Below, piece by piece: positions 38,034 through 47,487 of a DNA stretch of 64,000 nucleotides; the first letter of the stretch is position 1, and each line of letters starts with the position of its first letter. Under the pieces are notes generated by a model, which did not search any database, was not told where the DNA came from, and saw nothing but the letters and a program-made list of their open reading frames with translations. Both the position numbers and the translations under genes were made by a program. Source of the stretch: Candidatus Shapirobacteria bacterium (GTDB taxonomy: Bacteria; Patescibacteriota; Microgenomatia; UBA12405); the NCBI GenBank assembly GCA_041665485.1, contig JBAYIT010000001.1, positions 73,884 through 137,883 of the forward strand, in the 5' to 3' direction.

Positions 38034-38690
38034 TTATTTCTCCCCTATTTTATAACCAAAACCACGGACAGTGTGAATTAAATTGGGAATCTTATGACGA
38101 AGATTTTTAATATAAACTTCGACAGTGTTGGGGAGAACATTGGCATCATAATTCCAGACTTGTTGAATAATTTGGTCTTTAGTAAGAATTCGATTTTGAT
38201 GGCGCATTAAACATTCAAGTAGGGCAAATTCTTTACTGGATAGACGAACGGATTTGTTGCCATGTTTAACTTCGAAAGAGACAGTATTAAGAGAAAGATT
38301 GCCAAGAATTAGAACGGGGTCACTGGTTTGGTGAGGACGGCGAGTGAGAGCACGAAGGCGGGCTAAAAGCTCTTCAAAAGCAAAAGGTTTGGTTAAGTAG
38401 TCGTCAGCACCTTGGTTTAAAAGAGTGACTTTGTCTTGGGTCTGGCTTTTAGCGGTGAGAATTAGAATCGGAGTATGAATATTCTGCCGACGTAATTTTT
38501 GGCAAATTTGGAGGCCATCTAACCCGGGAAGCATTAGGTCGAGAATGAGACAGTCAAAATCCCCGGTTGAGGCGAGATCGTAGCCGTCAGAGCCAGTATG
38601 GGCGACGTCGACAGCATAATGCTCAAGTTCGAGGCCTTTTTTAATGGAATTAGCAATTAAACGCTCATCTTCAACAATCAAGATTCTCAT
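38034..38690 (-). CDS. OmpR-family response regulator
   Basis: Receiver 'MRILIVEDE...LDLMLPGLDG' plus a C-terminal winged-helix 'trans_reg_C'. 4-nt gap to the kinase gene. Confidence 0.85.
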   Translation of the reverse strand: MRILIVEDERLIANSIKKGLELEHYAVDVAHTGSDGYDLASTGDFDCLILDLMLPGLDGLQICQKLRRQNIHTPILILTAKSQTQDKVTLLNQGADDYLTKPFAFEELLARLRALTRRPHQTSDPVLILGNLSLNTVSFEVKHGNKSVRLSSKEFALLECLMRHQNRILTKDQIIQQVWNYDANVLPNTVEVYIKNLRHKIPNLIHTVRGFGYKIGEK

Positions 38691-38742
38691 GATACTTGTA
38701 TTTTACGCTTGAAGCTGAATTCTGGCTGAAAAAATCCGTTCT

Positions 38743-39021
38743 TTAGTCTCTTTCGACTTTGATGGTGCACTCGGTAAGGATGGCGGCCAGAGCACCAACA
38801 ACAATTAGGGGCGGAGAAAGAATGGCGCCGATGATACCTAGATTTAGGGGAATATTGAGAAGGTTCTTGCCATTTTTGTTGATAATGGAAATTTTGCGGA
38901 CGTTGCCCTCGGCAATGAGCTCTTTGACTTTTTTAACTAACTCTCTGCCCTCAACTTTAAAGGTTTCGGTTTTGGGAGCGGATTTTGGGGTACTGGTTTT
39001 AGCTTTAGTTTTAGTTGGCAT
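38743..39021 (-). CDS. small DUF4342-like protein
   Basis: Pro/Lys-rich N-terminus and C-terminal hydrophobic hairpin 'LGIIGAILSPPLIVVGALAAIL'. Confidence 0.4.
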   Translation of the reverse strand: MPTKTKAKTSTPKSAPKTETFKVEGRELVKKVKELIAEGNVRKISIINKNGKNLLNIPLNLGIIGAILSPPLIVVGALAAILTECTIKVERD

Positions 39022-39043
39022 AATTTAGTGTAACATACGATGG

Positions 39044-40498
39044 ATGATAAGAGTTAGCAATCTAAAATTTAGATATGGAGGTGAGCCGGTATTTGACGGA
39101 GTTAGTTTTTTTGTAAATAAAGGAGAAAAAGTAGGTTTGGTGGGGCAAAATGGGAGCGGAAAATCGACCTTGTTTCGAATACTGGCGGGAATTGAAGCCC
39201 AGGACGAGGGGCGAATTGAAATGGGAGGAAAAATTTGGTTGGTGCCCCAAGAGATCAGACAAGATATGTTGATTGACGGAGCGGAAAGTATTAGCGACTA
39301 TCTTGATTTGGAAAAACAACATCCGGAATTTGAGTTGAAGCAAATGCTTGCCGGCATGGAAATGAAAAGGGTGAAACTAACAGATTTGCCAATCAATTTA
39401 AGTGGCGGACAAAAAACGAAGTTAGCCATAATTAAAGCATTGTTGGCCCAGCCGGAGATATTGTTGCTTGATGAACCGACGAATTTTTTGGATGTAAATG
39501 GTAAAAGGTGGATGTTTGAAACACTGGCAAAATACCCCAAAACACTGTTGGTCGTTTCCCACGATCTGCCTCTACTCAATAAAACAATTACTAAGGTGCT
39601 ATATATAAACCCCCAGTTTAGAAAGATTGACGAATATGTTGGCAACTATGATAAATTTCTAAAACAAAAGGCGGAAAAAGAAGCGCTTATAAAGAGGCAA
39701 ATTGAAACAGAGAAAAAACATATCGCTCAAATGAAGGAGAGTTTGGTGAAATCGGCCGGAGTGAAATCAAGCAAGGGGGTAAGACAAAGAATGAATGTAA
39801 AAAGGAGATTAGAAAAAATGGAGGAGATGTTACCGCCGATGCCGGCTGAAGCCAAAAAAATAAAAGTGGTGTTGCCGGAACCAATTTGGGTGGGCGAATT
39901 ACCGATATTTTGTGAAAATATAAGTAAAAGTTTTGGTGAAAATAAGGTGCTGTCGGGAGTTAACTTAACCATTAGGCGGGGCGAAAGAGTGGTGTTTCTA
40001 GGACCAAACGGGGCGGGAAAAAGCACGTTAATTAAAATACTTTTAGGAGTATATGAAGCGGACAGTGGCCGGGTGGTGAGGGACGCAAAATTGAAAACTG
40101 GCTATTACACCCAAGAACTGGAAAATTTTGATTATGGAATGAAGGTTTTAGAAACGGTAAGAATAAAAACTAGTAAATCAGAGGCGATGATTCGGCCGAT
40201 TTTAGCAAAATTTTTATTTCCCTTTGACAAACTCGAACAAAAAGTGGGGACGCTATCGGGAGGAGAAAAGACGAGACTGTCGATTGCTTGTCTGCTGTTA
40301 TCTGATTTTAATTTGTTGGTATTGGATGAACCAACAACTTACCTTGATGTGCTGTCGCAAAGACTAATCCTTGAAGGCTTAAAAGAATACAAAGGGGCGA
40401 TGATTTTGGTGTCGCACAACCCGGAATTTGTTGACGAAATCGCCCCACGGCAAAGACTGTATCTGCCGGAAAATAGGATTGAGGTAACTACCACTTGA
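39044..40498 (+). CDS. ABC-F family ATPase (two ABC domains, no TM domain)
   Basis: Walker A 'GQNGSGKST' and 'GPNGAGKST'. Signatures 'LSGGQKTKLAI' and 'LSGGEKTRLSI'. A charged inter-domain linker is present. Confidence 0.8.
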   Translation: MIRVSNLKFRYGGEPVFDGVSFFVNKGEKVGLVGQNGSGKSTLFRILAGIEAQDEGRIEMGGKIWLVPQEIRQDMLIDGAESISDYLDLEKQHPEFELKQMLAGMEMKRVKLTDLPINLSGGQKTKLAIIKALLAQPEILLLDEPTNFLDVNGKRWMFETLAKYPKTLLVVSHDLPLLNKTITKVLYINPQFRKIDEYVGNYDKFLKQKAEKEALIKRQIETEKKHIAQMKESLVKSAGVKSSKGVRQRMNVKRRLEKMEEMLPPMPAEAKKIKVVLPEPIWVGELPIFCENISKSFGENKVLSGVNLTIRRGERVVFLGPNGAGKSTLIKILLGVYEADSGRVVRDAKLKTGYYTQELENFDYGMKVLETVRIKTSKSEAMIRPILAKFLFPFDKLEQKVGTLSGGEKTRLSIACLLLSDFNLLVLDEPTTYLDVLSQRLILEGLKEYKGAMILVSHNPEFVDEIAPRQRLYLPENRIEVTTT

Positions 40499-40529
40499 CA
40501 CACCCTAGGGGGGTGTGTAGAATGGAGGA
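40494..40529 (+). promoter_or_regulatory. promoter TTGACA-17-TAGAAT with embedded GC palindrome (candidate CsoR-family operator)
   Basis: Within 'cTTGACAcaccctaggggggtgtgTAGAATgg', the spacer holds ACACCC-TAGG-GGGTGT. It lies directly upstream of the CsoR-like gene. Confidence 0.5.
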
Positions 40530-40766
40530 GTGAAGACGATAAGTCAGAGGCTAAATAATATTGCCGGACAAATTGAAGGGGTAAAAAAACTGATTGACAA
40601 AAAAGAAGATTGTCTGTCGGTTTTAACCCAATTAAAGGCAGTTAAGTCGGCAGTTTCTAGCGTAATTGGCCAAGTGGTTGAAGAACAGTTTGACAACTGC
40701 TTAAATGATTTGTCGCCAAAACAAAAAAAATTATTGATTGAAATTAAAAAATATGCAACTAATTAA
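40530..40766 (+). CDS. CsoR/RcnR/FrmR-family metal- or persulfide-sensing repressor (CstR-like Cys...Cys pattern)
   Basis: Family fold 'RLNNIAGQIEGVKKLIDKKEDCLSVLTQLKAVKSA'. Cys is at the x and z positions, with Gln where CsoR has His. Confidence 0.65.
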   Translation: MKTISQRLNNIAGQIEGVKKLIDKKEDCLSVLTQLKAVKSAVSSVIGQVVEEQFDNCLNDLSPKQKKLLIEIKKYATN

Positions 40767-41079
40767 TGTTGATAACCAAAATTTTGAGGCGGAAGTGCTA
40801 AAGTCCCCTATCCCGGTGTTAGTAGATTTCTGGGCGCCGTGGTGTGGGCCGTGCATGATGATGGGGCCGGTTTTAGAAGAAATTGCTAAGGAAATGGATG
40901 GCAAATTAAAAATTGCCAAATTAAATACTGATTTGGCAGAGAACCAACAGCTGGCAATTCAATACCAAATTCAAAGTATTCCCAACATGAAACTGTTTAA
41001 GGGCGGAGTGGTGGTAAAAGAAGTCATCGGCTTTAAACCAAAAGAGGCCCTGATGGCAGAAGTTAAAGAATTTATTTAA
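40753..41079 (+). CDS. trxA: thioredoxin
   Basis: Active site 'WAPWCGPC'. Overlaps the repressor gene. The start was chosen at the internal ATG ('MQLINVDNQNF'). Confidence 0.85.
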   Translation: MQLINVDNQNFEAEVLKSPIPVLVDFWAPWCGPCMMMGPVLEEIAKEMDGKLKIAKLNTDLAENQQLAIQYQIQSIPNMKLFKGGVVVKEVIGFKPKEALMAEVKEFI

Positions 41080-41086
41080 TAAAAAA

Positions 41087-41581
41087 TTGAGTGAATACCT
41101 TGGGCTGACTGATGGAGTATTATTCGAAATAGATAATAGTGCCTATAGGCCACTTCGTGTGATTGGAGGTGAAAAATTTGATTTTTCCCCAAAAACACCA
41201 CCTGAAAAATCAAGGGGGATGGCTTTGGTGGTCGGATTAGAGGAATTACCACCACCAAGCGACAGCGAAGGAGATAGGGTTGATTTGAGACTATCAGCCC
41301 CAACAAGTTGGTATAATGTTTTTTTGGAAGAGTTTGAAAAACGATTGAGAACCTATGTGCCAAGATCGGCAAAGATTAATGGGGTGTGGATTTTGAGATC
41401 AAGCCAACAAATTAGCGAAGGTGGTTATTGGCCGATTTGGTTTGATCATAGACTAACTGGACCCGGGGAAATGATAACCTTGGGAATTCCCAAGGGCAGG
41501 AATATATTTCCAACAACCGAAGACCTAATTAGATCTTCATTATTTGCGGTGGCAAGGGCCTCAGTAAACGCAGTACAATGA
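41087..41581 (+). CDS. hypothetical protein
   Basis: ORF with no recognisable motif. Confidence 0.35.
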   Translation: MSEYLGLTDGVLFEIDNSAYRPLRVIGGEKFDFSPKTPPEKSRGMALVVGLEELPPPSDSEGDRVDLRLSAPTSWYNVFLEEFEKRLRTYVPRSAKINGVWILRSSQQISEGGYWPIWFDHRLTGPGEMITLGIPKGRNIFPTTEDLIRSSLFAVARASVNAVQ

Positions 41582-41608
41582 AGATTATTACTAAGTAAGT
41601 AAAAAATC

Positions 41609-42760
41609 ATGGATTACAACCAAGCGTCGCTTGATAAGCATAAGCAATTTAGGGGGAAGATTGAAATTAGGTCGAAGTTTGGGGAAGTTAAAACGAGGGA
41701 TGATTTGAGCACGGCCTATACTCCGGGGGTGGCGGCGGTGTCAAAACTTCTGGCAGAGAAACCGGAAGAGGCAAAAAACTATTCGATTAAGGGTAATACT
41801 ATCGCTGTGGTATCGGACGGATCAGCAGTGCTGGGGTTGGGAAACATTGGGCCACTGGGAGCATTGCCAGTAATGGAAGGAAAAGCATTGCTGTTTAAGG
41901 AATTTGGCGGGGTGGATGCTTACCCGATTGTGTTGTCGACCCAAGAAACGGAAGAAATCATTAAAACGGTGGTGGCGATTGCCCCAACATTTGGAGGAAT
42001 AAACCTGGAAGATATAAGTGCGCCGAGGTGTTTTGAAATTGAAAAAAGATTACAGGAACAACTTGATATCCCGGTATTCCACGATGATCAACATGGGACG
42101 GCGATAGTAGTGCTGGCAGGGCTAATAAACAGTTTTAAATTAACGGATAGATCTAAAGAAGCAGTAAAAGTGGTAGTAAGTGGGGCTGGAGCGGCCGGAG
42201 TGGCAGTAACAAAATTACTGCTGGCTTTTGGAATTAAAAATGTAATCATGATTGATTCCGTAGGGATAATTTCTAAAGACAGGGCGGATTTAAATTGGAT
42301 TAAAAAAGAAATGGTGGAAGTGACTAACCCGGAAAACAAGCACGGGGGATTGGCGGAGGCAATAATTGGTGCTGATGTGTTTGTTGGAGTAAGTGCCCCG
42401 GGAATATTGACCGGTGAGATGGTGAAAAGTATGGCGGAAAGGTCGATTGTGATGGCCATGGCTAATCCGGTGCCGGAAATTATGCCTGAGGTAGCGTTGA
42501 CGGCCGGAGCTTATATAGTAGGAACCGGTAGAAGCGATTACCCTAATCAAATAAATAATGTGTTGGCATTTCCGGGAATTTTTAGAGGGTTGCTGGATTC
42601 GGGGGTGAAAAGGGTGAACGATGAAATAAAATTGGCGGCAGCAGAGGCGATTGCAACATGTGTTAATGAAGCGGACTTGGGGCCAGAAATGATTATCCCC
42701 TCACCTTTTAATAAAGAGGTGGCCCTAAAAGTGGCTCAAAGTGTGAGAAAATTGGGATAA
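41609..42760 (+). CDS. NAD(P)-dependent malic enzyme (short form)
   Basis: 'AYTPGVA', '[16 protein letters not shown]' and 'SGAGAAGVA' malic-enzyme motifs. Confidence 0.8.
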   Translation: MDYNQASLDKHKQFRGKIEIRSKFGEVKTRDDLSTAYTPGVAAVSKLLAEKPEEAKNYSIKGNTIAVVSDGSAVLGLGNIGPLGALPVMEGKALLFKEFGGVDAYPIVLSTQETEEIIKTVVAIAPTFGGINLEDISAPRCFEIEKRLQEQLDIPVFHDDQHGTAIVVLAGLINSFKLTDRSKEAVKVVVSGAGAAGVAVTKLLLAFGIKNVIMIDSVGIISKDRADLNWIKKEMVEVTNPENKHGGLAEAIIGADVFVGVSAPGILTGEMVKSMAERSIVMAMANPVPEIMPEVALTAGAYIVGTGRSDYPNQINNVLAFPGIFRGLLDSGVKRVNDEIKLAAAEAIATCVNEADLGPEMIIPSPFNKEVALKVAQSVRKLG

Positions 42761-43977
42761 TGAAAAGATGGATAATTGTTGTTGGCTTGAGTGTTTTGTA
42801 TTTGGGGGTAAGGCTGTGGCATTTTGAAGAAGCGATGACGTTTCACTTGGACCAAGGATTGCACTTGCTAGAGGCAAAGGATATGGTCGACTCGGGGAAA
42901 ATTAGATTAATTGGGCCAATGGTGTCTTCAAAAACGTTTTTGGATCGTGGATTTTTTATCGGACCGCAATATTATTATGTCTTGGCAGTTTTGGGAATAT
43001 TAACCAGTTGGAACGCATTGGCGATAACAATAATTTTACTGGTAGTTGAATTTGGAGCAGTGTTGTTATTGATTAGGTGGATAAAGAGGAAATTTTCATT
43101 TGAAATAGCAATGATAGTAATGGCGTTAGTTACCCTGTCGCCTTATTTAATAATTCATAGCCGTTTTATTTGGAACCCGCATTTTTTGTGGCCACTGGGA
43201 ACAGTTGGATTAATAACAGCAGAAAAGGCAATTAAAAATAAAAAATGGTGGGTGGTTTTGGGAATTTTGTGGGGAGTGGCGTTCGGTTTTCATTACAGTG
43301 CCGTATTGTGGATGTTTTGGGTGGCGATATTTTGGTGGAAGCAAAAAAACAGAAAGTTAACCGATTGGTTAATAATGGGAGTGGGGGTGGGGTTAGGCAA
43401 TCTCCCCTATTGGCTATTTGAATTGCGACATAGTCTTTATAATTTAAAAACTTTGGGGTGGGTAATCAGTAACAGTAATGGCGGTTTTAGACTTGAGCCG
43501 CATTATGTTATTTACCCTCTTTTACCCCTTTTTGTTTATTTATTAATTGAATGGCTTAAAATAAAACCCAACAAAGTATTAATAATAGTGGTGGGACTAA
43601 TGTTAGTAATTGGACAGAGTTTAATTTTTAGGGACAGATTGCCACTTGGGCACCCACCGGGGTGGAATCTTCTAATAGAAAGATTGGTGGTGAATAAAAT
43701 TTTGGACAAGGGGTGTCCAAAAAACTACAATGTGGCTAGCACGGTTTCGGGGGATACCAGGGCTTATGATTTGAGGTTTTTATTGACGGCCAGGGGTTGC
43801 CCACCAATGGGAGTAACCGAATACCCTAGAGCAGAAAAATTATTTTTAGTGGCGCCGCCGACTAGGCCGCCAGAAAACGAGGAGGTGTGGGAGGTGAACA
43901 GCTTGGGTAAAATTAAAGTTGTAGAAAGGTTAGTAATTAATGATAAAGTGGTGTTTTATGAACTGGAAAAAAATTAA
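42760..43977 (+). CDS. polytopic membrane protein, GT39/GT83-like (tentative)
   Basis: About 11 TM segments. Architecture is similar to the neighbouring PMT/ArnT-like proteins. Confidence 0.35.
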   Translation: MKRWIIVVGLSVLYLGVRLWHFEEAMTFHLDQGLHLLEAKDMVDSGKIRLIGPMVSSKTFLDRGFFIGPQYYYVLAVLGILTSWNALAITIILLVVEFGAVLLLIRWIKRKFSFEIAMIVMALVTLSPYLIIHSRFIWNPHFLWPLGTVGLITAEKAIKNKKWWVVLGILWGVAFGFHYSAVLWMFWVAIFWWKQKNRKLTDWLIMGVGVGLGNLPYWLFELRHSLYNLKTLGWVISNSNGGFRLEPHYVIYPLLPLFVYLLIEWLKIKPNKVLIIVVGLMLVIGQSLIFRDRLPLGHPPGWNLLIERLVVNKILDKGCPKNYNVASTVSGDTRAYDLRFLLTARGCPPMGVTEYPRAEKLFLVAPPTRPPENEEVWEVNSLGKIKVVERLVINDKVVFYELEKN

Positions 43978-45691
43978 CCCGTATTTTTGGATAATTACAC
44001 TGGCCTTGGTGTTAAGAGTGTGGGGATATGATAAAAATCCAGTGGGGCTGGTGCATGACGAAATTCATCAATTGGTTAATGCCAAATCGTTATTGTTAAC
44101 CGGAAAAGAGGCAGCAGGGACCGGAGCTGGAGTATTTAACAATAATCCATACTGTGAGGGAAATTGTGTTTTTGGTGAATTGCCAAGTTATTTGTTGGTG
44201 CCCTTCGCTTTATTGCCAACAAATTTTCCCTGGCTTAAATTACCGTTTATTATCCTGTCGTTGGCGATGGTTTATCTGGGAGGAAAGTTTTTTGAAAATT
44301 TGACTGGGAACAAAAAAATTGGAATGTTGGTTGGTTTAGTAACGGCAATTAACCCGTGGTCGGTAAATTTTGGAAGGACGGCTTATGAAAATCTTTTTTC
44401 GTTTATGTTTTATTTCTGGAGTCTGTATTTATGGACAAAAAAACCAGTAAAACTAACGAACAAAATTGGGGCGATAGTGACTGGTTTGGCGGCATCGTTG
44501 TGTTATTTCGGAGCCAAACCTATTTTTGTGCCAATAATGTTACTAGGGTTGGGGTATAGCTGGTTTGAGGAAAAGAAAAACATAAGGAAATATTTAATTT
44601 TGGGAATGGTGGTAGTGATTCTGATGGCAGGATACGGATTGATTTTGAAAAATTCTTATGCCGGAGTACGGCTTAAAGAAACTAATTTAATAAATCGAGA
44701 GGTGGTGGAACAGGTGAATGAGGAGAGAAGAATGTCGCTTGAGATACCGATTTTTAGGGATGTTTTTATCAATAAATACACAGTGTTGGCCAAAATCTTA
44801 ATAAAAAAGTATTTTGCGGTTTTAGCGCCTAACTATCTATTTAATGAGGGTGAATTGGGCTATGACCACTTTATGATTGCCAACCATCCATTTTTATATT
44901 TGATTGATTTACCACTAATACTTTTAGGGTTATATTTTTTGGCGGTTAACAACGCCAGAGCGTTGGTTTTAATTGGAGGATTATTGTTTGTTTTACCGAT
45001 AACGCCGACACTAAGTAACTTTGCTTCGACTTATGCATTAAGGGCAGGTTTAGTCTTTCCGATTTTAGCGGGAGTTTCGGGGGTGGGAATTTATGAACTT
45101 AATAAATTGTTAGGAAATAAAAAAAGGTGGATGGTGGGGCTAGTGTTTTTAGGATACTTGGTATCGATAATCAATTTTTTGGTAATGTATTGGTTTAGAA
45201 CACCCTTTGAAAAGAGTGCTGGGTGGGTATTTTTTGAGAGAGAAACGGCGAGGTATATAAGTTTGGTTCAGGATATTAACAAAACAACTAAGATTGAATT
45301 GACTACTAAAGACCCGGTGGATGTGATTTATGAATATGCTTTATTCACAGGAAAAATTAATAATAAGATTTTTGTTGAAGAAATGAATCGGGCAATAACC
45401 AGCAGGACTTATATGGTGAATGGAATTAAATTTTCTAAATTGTGTCCAACAGAGATTGATGACAAAACGGTGTATTTATGGGAGAGAGAGCAGGGTTGCG
45501 TTAAAGAACCGAATAGACTGGCCCGAATATCGGAACCAAGGGATGGAGGGGCAAGATATTTCATCCCCAACGAACAGTTGTGCGAAGGCGTAACTTTGGG
45601 CGCTTACCCGTTCCCAAGAAAAGTTGAAGATTTTATGATTGAGAAGATGGATAGAAATGAATTTTGCCAAAAATGGATTAGTAAACCGTAG
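43940..45691 (+). CDS. PMT/ArnT-like membrane glycosyltransferase (tentative)
   Basis: N-terminal 'VHDEIHQLVNAKSLL' loop, many TM segments and a large C-terminal soluble domain. Confidence 0.4.
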   Translation: MIKWCFMNWKKINPYFWIITLALVLRVWGYDKNPVGLVHDEIHQLVNAKSLLLTGKEAAGTGAGVFNNNPYCEGNCVFGELPSYLLVPFALLPTNFPWLKLPFIILSLAMVYLGGKFFENLTGNKKIGMLVGLVTAINPWSVNFGRTAYENLFSFMFYFWSLYLWTKKPVKLTNKIGAIVTGLAASLCYFGAKPIFVPIMLLGLGYSWFEEKKNIRKYLILGMVVVILMAGYGLILKNSYAGVRLKETNLINREVVEQVNEERRMSLEIPIFRDVFINKYTVLAKILIKKYFAVLAPNYLFNEGELGYDHFMIANHPFLYLIDLPLILLGLYFLAVNNARALVLIGGLLFVLPITPTLSNFASTYALRAGLVFPILAGVSGVGIYELNKLLGNKKRWMVGLVFLGYLVSIINFLVMYWFRTPFEKSAGWVFFERETARYISLVQDINKTTKIELTTKDPVDVIYEYALFTGKINNKIFVEEMNRAITSRTYMVNGIKFSKLCPTEIDDKTVYLWEREQGCVKEPNRLARISEPRDGGARYFIPNEQLCEGVTLGAYPFPRKVEDFMIEKMDRNEFCQKWISKP

Positions 45692-45716
45692 GGCAGATAA
45701 GATGGTAAAATAGGAA

Positions 45717-46901
45717 ATGTTGTATAAAAAGCGACTGGAAAGAAATATCTTTCTGTCTTATGTCTCGACTTTTTTAGTGTCGTGGTTGTTCTTCATTCCC
45801 ATATGGTTCTCCTTTGAAACACAATTTGCCAACCCCGGGTTACTTTCAGTAATTTACGCTTTGACTTATGTGATAACAATTATTTTAGAGATTCCAACAG
45901 GGGCTTTGGCTGATCTTATTGGTAGAAAAAGTACAGTAATAACTGGGTCAATTATTCAAGGATTGGGGTGGATTTTAATTTCACAGTCAAAAGGAGTTGA
46001 ATGGTTGTGGTGTGGTTATGGAATAGGAGCGATAGGAGGAGCTTTGATTTCTGGCGCCAATACAGCATTGGTATATGACTCATTAAAGGAATTGGGGAGA
46101 GAACGATATTTTGCCAGATTTTCGAGTCTTAGCGGTCTACTTTTTAGAGTAGGAATGATATTTTCGTCTTTTTTAGGTGGATACATTTATTTGATCAATA
46201 AGGGATTGCCTTATATCTTAGTAGGAGTCAATTATATTTTAGCTGGAATAGTGACTTTTCTAATAATTGAACCAAAAATTGATTCGGAGAAGTTTAGTTT
46301 CCAAAATTATTTACGACAGACAGGTCTGGGGGTAAAGCATCTTTTGGCCAATGAAAAAATTAAATGGTACTCGGTTTATTACATGATTATTGGAGGAACA
46401 ACTTGGTATTTTCAATATTTCTTAAATCAAAGTTACGCCACACTGATGGGATTTGACGAAATTCAAAGGAGCTGGCTGTTTTCTAGTGTTTTTTTAATAA
46501 TCGGAGTTTTGGGGTTGTTTATCGCTAAACATGTAAGTAAGTACAAATTTTTTATCGTGATGTTGCCGGTGTTGACAATTGTCGGTTATTTTTCCGGAGC
46601 GGTGGCAAATAGTTTGGTGGCAATAGTTGCCATATTTTTGGTTCAATTTACGGGAACGTTGCGTTTTTCCATTTTAGATCAATATGCTAATGATCAAATT
46701 GAGTCAAGATATAGAGCAACGGCGTTATCGGTTTTGAATATGTCAGTTAGCTTGGTATTTGTGGTTTTATCTCTCGGATTAAGCTCGGTTATAGATTCTC
46801 ACGGCGCTAAAATAGTTATGGGAATAATGGGGATGATTACATTAATAGCGGGAGTGCCGGCAACAATTAAAGTATTGGTTAATGAAAGAAATGGAAAATA
46901 G
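45717..46901 (+). CDS. MFS-type transporter (paralog 3 of 4)
   Basis: 'ALADLIGRKSTVI' and 'SRYRATALSVL'. Confidence 0.6.
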   Translation: MLYKKRLERNIFLSYVSTFLVSWLFFIPIWFSFETQFANPGLLSVIYALTYVITIILEIPTGALADLIGRKSTVITGSIIQGLGWILISQSKGVEWLWCGYGIGAIGGALISGANTALVYDSLKELGRERYFARFSSLSGLLFRVGMIFSSFLGGYIYLINKGLPYILVGVNYILAGIVTFLIIEPKIDSEKFSFQNYLRQTGLGVKHLLANEKIKWYSVYYMIIGGTTWYFQYFLNQSYATLMGFDEIQRSWLFSSVFLIIGVLGLFIAKHVSKYKFFIVMLPVLTIVGYFSGAVANSLVAIVAIFLVQFTGTLRFSILDQYANDQIESRYRATALSVLNMSVSLVFVVLSLGLSSVIDSHGAKIVMGIMGMITLIAGVPATIKVLVNERNGK

Positions 46902-47463
46902 ACAGGAGAAGATTGAGAGGGTGATTGGGAATAGGAGAGAGGGGGTGGTGGTGCTGGAAGATATTCATGACCCACATAATGCGGCGGCGGTATGGAGAAG
47001 TTGTGATGCTTTTGGCTGGCAAAAAGTCTATTTGATTTTTGATAAAGAAATCCCTTTTAATCCAAAAAAGGTTGGTAAAGCCAGTTCGTCATCGGCCAAT
47101 AAATGGCTAACTTTTAAGATTTTTAAGTCGACAAAAGAATGTTTTGAAGAACTAAAAAAGGATGGCTTTGAAATTTACGCCACAGTACTTGATGAGGGAT
47201 CGAAGGGCTTGTGGGAAACAAAATTTAGAAACAAGAAAACAGCCATAGCTTTGGGAAACGAGCATAGAGGATTGTCGGAAACGGCAGTGAAATTGGCTGA
47301 CCGAAAAATTTATATTCCAATGAGAGGAATGGTGCAGAGTTTGAATTTGTCGGTGACGGCGGGGATAGTGTTGGCAGAGGCCGAAAGACAGAGAAATTCA
47401 GATCCTAGATCTTGGATGTTAGATCTTAGGGAAAAAGAAGAGTTGTTGAAGAGGTGGAGATAG
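46882..47463 (+). CDS. SpoU/TrmH-family RNA 2'-O-methyltransferase
   Basis: 'LEDIHDPHNAAAVWRSCDAFG', 'ALGNEHRGLS' and 'IPMRGMVQSLNLSV' SPOUT motifs. The C-terminus overlaps a heptamer array. Confidence 0.7.
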   Translation: MKEMENRQEKIERVIGNRREGVVVLEDIHDPHNAAAVWRSCDAFGWQKVYLIFDKEIPFNPKKVGKASSSSANKWLTFKIFKSTKECFEELKKDGFEIYATVLDEGSKGLWETKFRNKKTAIALGNEHRGLSETAVKLADRKIYIPMRGMVQSLNLSVTAGIVLAEAERQRNSDPRSWMLDLREKEELLKRWR

Positions 47464-47487
47464 GAAGGGAACTGTATAATAGGGCTT

